49,325 nt of DNA, from positions 1-49,325 of the IMG/VR virus record IMGVR_UViG_3300017700_000166. The stretch is one strand, 5' to 3'. This DNA comes from a virus (lineage: Duplodnaviria > Caudoviricetes). The stretch's first letter is position 1. Every line of letters begins with the position of its first letter. Under the pieces are notes generated by a model, which did not search any database, had not been told where the DNA came from, and saw only the letters and a list, made by a program, of their open reading frames with translations. The position numbers and the translations under genes are program-made. Of the stretch, positions 46,488 through 49,325 are shown in pieces.

Positions 46488-46914
46488 TACGGATACGGTT
46501 TATTGTTGTTTGATGAACGCCAAAATGTGCTGCGAGGCTCTTATCGCTGTCCACGCAGTTACGTATATCGTTTACATTAGCAGGTGTCAGTTTAGGGTGT
46601 GTGACCCAACGATGCCTACCTTTATTCATTTTATCCGAAACATTATCGTTGTTAGTACCCGACCAGAGGTGCGCCGGATTGACGCACGACGGGTTATCAC
46701 ACCGATGAAGAATGTGTAGGTTAGTATCAAGTACGCCCTTAAAGAATTGAAACGACGCTCGGTGTGCTCGGACGTTACGAGTTCTCATCCAAAGACGACC
46801 GTACCCGTCCTTGTCTAAACCCTCAGTCCAGTCCCAACACCCTCCTGCCCGAAATTCTATCCGGCTTAGAAAACGATCAAAAAGATCATTCTCAGAAGGT
46901 ATCGGACGGGGCAT
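46447..46914 (-). CDS. HNH homing endonuclease with C-terminal HTH
   Basis: CWDW.G..DGYG, AHR.S, LHRCDNP.CVNP.HL..GT..DN, LA..FGV...TI..I. Confidence 0.9.
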   Translation of the reverse strand: MPRPIPSENDLFDRFLSRIEFRAGGCWDWTEGLDKDGYGRLWMRTRNVRAHRASFQFFKGVLDTNLHILHRCDNPSCVNPAHLWSGTNNDNVSDKMNKGRHRWVTHPKLTPANVNDIRNCVDSDKSLAAHFGVHQTTINRIRNGRRWATTGGEHT

Positions 46915-47258
46915 TAGGCACCAACCTTGCCGAGGAAGCCATTAATCAACTCCATCGGAGCAGGGCCGACAGCCCCGAGGACGCACTCACCGTCGTGGAT
47001 TGCTACCATACCGTTCTCGCCGACCTCAGCGAGACTGAACGTATAAGGCTCAGCTACCGGCGGAGGACCACGCTTAGCGATCACAGCAGAGATTTCACCG
47101 GGATCAAGCGGCTTTACAGTACCTCCTGCCTTACCGACATTCTCAGTTAGTGTGGTAAGCTCACCTACGCAGTCAGTACGATCGGCAGCCATAGCCGGGG
47201 TGAAGACGAGCATCGCGCCGGTCACGGCCATCATCAGCTTCTTCATAAAGTTAGTCAT
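46914..47258 (-). CDS. Putative secreted protein
   Basis: Signal peptide MKKLMMAVTGAMLVFTPAMA; two Cys in the mature part. Confidence 0.7.
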   Translation of the reverse strand: MTNFMKKLMMAVTGAMLVFTPAMAADRTDCVGELTTLTENVGKAGGTVKPLDPGEISAVIAKRGPPPVAEPYTFSLAEVGENGMVAIHDGECVLGAVGPAPMELINGFLGKVGA

Positions 47259-47412
47259 TCACAGTCTCCACGTTGACGTTCAGTCCCTTAGGGACCTTAT
47301 AGAAAGAAGTCACTTCCTGATTATCGTCGAGCACAGACAACGCCCGTAGATGGCTCGTCAGGGCTTCGAGGACTCGGTCTTTACTTACGACGTAGCGTTT
47401 ACTCTCCGACAA
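47251..47412 (-). CDS. Small hypothetical protein (53 aa)
   Basis: GGAGG RBS + TTG; MSESKRYVVSKDRVLEAL... Confidence 0.6.
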   Translation of the reverse strand: MSESKRYVVSKDRVLEALTSHLRALSVLDDNQEVTSFYKVPKGLNVNVETVND

Positions 47413-47791
47413 CAATCACCTCCACGCCCGCCTTGCGGGCAATATCCACCATCATTGCAGTTCCTTTACCGCCGGGAAAGGCGATAACAAGGTCAGGTTT
47501 ACCTTCGTCGAGCATCGTTTTGTTGCGTATGTAACCGGCACGCTTACCGTACTGGTTCCAATCAGCCTTAAACTCTGTGTTGTTCACACCAGCTTTATTT
47601 GCGAACATTCCAGCAAATGTGTCTGCGCCTTTAGCGCCACCGTGGATAATGTGCAAACCACTCATAGGCTTCGTATTAAACCAAATATCTTTCAGTGTAT
47701 CGAAGACTCGCTGTCCGTCTTTGTAGTCCCTGCCGCCGCAGACAAGGACGCGAAATTCGTAACCCCTCTCAGTCAGGTTACACAGGTACAT
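47399..47791 (-). CDS. SLOG-superfamily (YspA/DUF2493-like) protein
   Basis: RVLVCGGRDY, IHGGAKGAD, AG.IRN..ML, AFPGGKGT..M. Confidence 0.88.
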   Translation of the reverse strand: MYLCNLTERGYEFRVLVCGGRDYKDGQRVFDTLKDIWFNTKPMSGLHIIHGGAKGADTFAGMFANKAGVNNTEFKADWNQYGKRAGYIRNKTMLDEGKPDLVIAFPGGKGTAMMVDIARKAGVEVIVVGE

Positions 47792-47927
47792 TGTCGAAAC
47801 TCAAAGCCCCGTATTGTACGAGGTACTCAAGGGCTTCCTCCGGAGGGAGGTCATCAAACTCAAGGAGTTCTTCTACGGAGTAAATCTCAAGCAACCGCTT
47901 GATGAACTCCAAATTACTTCGATCCAT
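47778..47927 (-). CDS. Small acidic protein (49 aa)
   Basis: MDRSNLEFIKRLLEIYSVEELLE... Confidence 0.6.
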   Translation of the reverse strand: MDRSNLEFIKRLLEIYSVEELLEFDDLPPEEALEYLVQYGALSFDNVPV

Positions 47928-47968
47928 TAATTAATTCCAATACCCGTGTAATGATTGAGCGGTAAAGC

Positions 47969-48736
47969 TCACGATCCATAGATTTCTTTGAGGGAGTTGA
48001 TGCTGATCCACTGGAGATCGTAGCCGCCTTGTCCATCGACAAACCTTTTAATAACAATACCACGGTTCCAGAGCTTACCGCACTCTCCTGCCCAAGGGTT
48101 TGTGTAATCCTGATAACACCCAACTACTGTACCGATAACAGGCTTACCAGCCAAATTAACATGCACACTAGTATCGAATAGATGGCTATGCCCGCACGTA
48201 GCCGAGGAGAACTTCTTAGTAGCGATAGCATAACCAGCGTGAATACCACCCAAGGGACGACCAGCAATCCCGCCCACAAAATAGTGTGCATAGCTGATAC
48301 CGTCGATTGTAATGACACCGGGCGTACCTCCGTCGTAATCGACTACAGTGTCGTACCACTCTTTGAGCTGGAGGTCTTTGAGGGAGATTGTACCATCGAG
48401 TTCCGGAGAAAGATCAATAGCACGACTAATCCGATGCTCATGATTACCAATGAGGAAAACACTATATGGGAGCTTTCGTTTGAGTTTCTTAATCGGGGCG
48501 AACATACGCTCTTGGAAGTCAAGATGGGCGTTAATGTCGTCTTTGTAGTTCCTTCCCTGAAAACTCCGTTTACCTTTGTCGTAAGTGCTCAGGGAAGCAA
48601 GGTCGGCTGAGTCGCCGATATGGACGAGGACATCTGGCTTGACATCTGCGATAAGCTCACCCAACCAGTCAGCCCTGTCATTGTGGTAGTCGGGGTGGGC
48701 ATGGGAGTCCGGTACGATTAGGTGGGTTCTATTCAT
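47969..48736 (-). CDS. Calcineurin-like metallophosphoesterase
   Basis: D.H, GD..D, GNHE, H, GHSH motifs. Confidence 0.9.
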   Translation of the reverse strand: MNRTHLIVPDSHAHPDYHNDRADWLGELIADVKPDVLVHIGDSADLASLSTYDKGKRSFQGRNYKDDINAHLDFQERMFAPIKKLKRKLPYSVFLIGNHEHRISRAIDLSPELDGTISLKDLQLKEWYDTVVDYDGGTPGVITIDGISYAHYFVGGIAGRPLGGIHAGYAIATKKFSSATCGHSHLFDTSVHVNLAGKPVIGTVVGCYQDYTNPWAGECGKLWNRGIVIKRFVDGQGGYDLQWISINSLKEIYGS

Positions 48737-49040
48737 TCGGGTTGTTCACGATCTCCGCAGGTTCGTACTTGGCGTGTGCCTTAACGAACATTGTACGTAT
48801 ATAAGGAAGTAACTTCGGGACGATACGACGGAACAACGGACCCTCAGCGACTTCGGCTGTCAAGCCGATCTGAGAAACACGGGTAGCCCCTCCAATGTAA
48901 GCATGGAACTGCCACTCCCACTTCTTCTCGAATTTGTCATACCGACGGATTACTTCGAACTTCTTACCGAACGTTTCGTGGTACCACGCTTGCGCTTTAC
49001 TGATTTCTTCTTCGACTTGGACTTCGGGGGTACTAGCCAT
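48729..49040 (-). CDS. Hypothetical protein
   Basis: ORF track; overlaps neighbours. Confidence 0.6.
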   Translation of the reverse strand: MASTPEVQVEEEISKAQAWYHETFGKKFEVIRRYDKFEKKWEWQFHAYIGGATRVSQIGLTAEVAEGPLFRRIVPKLLPYIRTMFVKAHAKYEPAEIVNNPNE

Positions 49041-49318
49041 CCTGTGTACGGTCCTCTGAGATACTCTGCTGCTGCTGATAAAAGCTCAACGCCCCCGAGT
49101 TCTCGTCTATGCCTGCCAATAATTCTTCGGTTACAGTTTGTACAGAGCAGGCCCCTGATTTCTCCCGAATGATGGTCATGGTCAACGGATAGTCTGACTT
49201 TAAATTCTCTAGAATGCCTTCGACATACTGCGCAGCAAAGTCGCTGCCGCTCCAAGAGAGTTTCATACTGTTCCTCCGTTATTCCGTAGGTTCGTCTGAG
49301 GTGGCTCGCTCTGGTCAT
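48950..49318 (-). CDS. Endonuclease VII-family nuclease (free-standing)
   Basis: YGITEEQY, CAVC, VDHDH..GEIRGLLCTNCN; ATGA-coupled to the exonuclease across the circular join. Confidence 0.9.
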   Translation of the reverse strand: MTRASHLRRTYGITEEQYETLLERQRLCCAVCRRHSREFKVRLSVDHDHHSGEIRGLLCTNCNRRIIGRHRRELGGVELLSAAAEYLRGPYTGWLVPPKSKSKKKSVKRKRGTTKRSVRSSK

Positions 49319-49325
49319 GCTTGCT
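49203..49325. repeat. Terminal direct repeat (copy 2)
   Basis: Identical to 1-123. Confidence 0.95.

Noticed and set aside
49203-49325. 123-bp terminal repeat as a biological DTR
   Set aside because: It falls mid-gene in a coupled operon; best explained as a circular assembly overlap
1-49325. tRNA genes, integrase/repressor, phage RNA polymerase, stop-codon reassignment
   Set aside because: None recognised by eye; core genes are intact under the standard code

Overview
The window is an apparently complete, circularly permuted lytic podovirus genome of 49,202 bp; bases 1-123 recur at 49203-49325 as an assembly overlap. There is no phage RNA polymerase, but there are near-perfect sigma70 promoters. 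Two arms diverge from a non-coding, repeat- and G-tract-rich region at about 19.45-20.3 kb (probable physical termini) and converge on a bidirectional terminator at about 43.9 kb. This layout resembles Zobellviridae/PA11/LUZ24-type phages. The minus arm carries early genes, a phiEco32/PA11-type amidoligase cluster (GGCT, two glutamine amidotransferases, COOH-NH2 ligase, amidoligase, ATP-grasp), primase-helicase, T7-like PolA, SSB, exonuclease, endonucleases and nucleotide-processing enzymes. The plus arm carries packaging, capsid, tail, lysis and ejection genes. The most striking observation is a 363-nt in-frame insertion in the thumb region of the DNA polymerase gene, bounded by CAAG repeats. 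It encodes a complete endonuclease VII-type nuclease in another reading frame while the polymerase frame stays open, and no intron or canonical intein is recognisable. Other notable signals are a roughly 30-fold over-represented CACTWAGTG motif, a tandem array of small paralogous genes, a hidden acidic Cys-rich peptide inside the ligase cluster, a structured non-coding RNA candidate and likely non-canonical start codons. All calls come from motif recognition by eye; no database searches were run.
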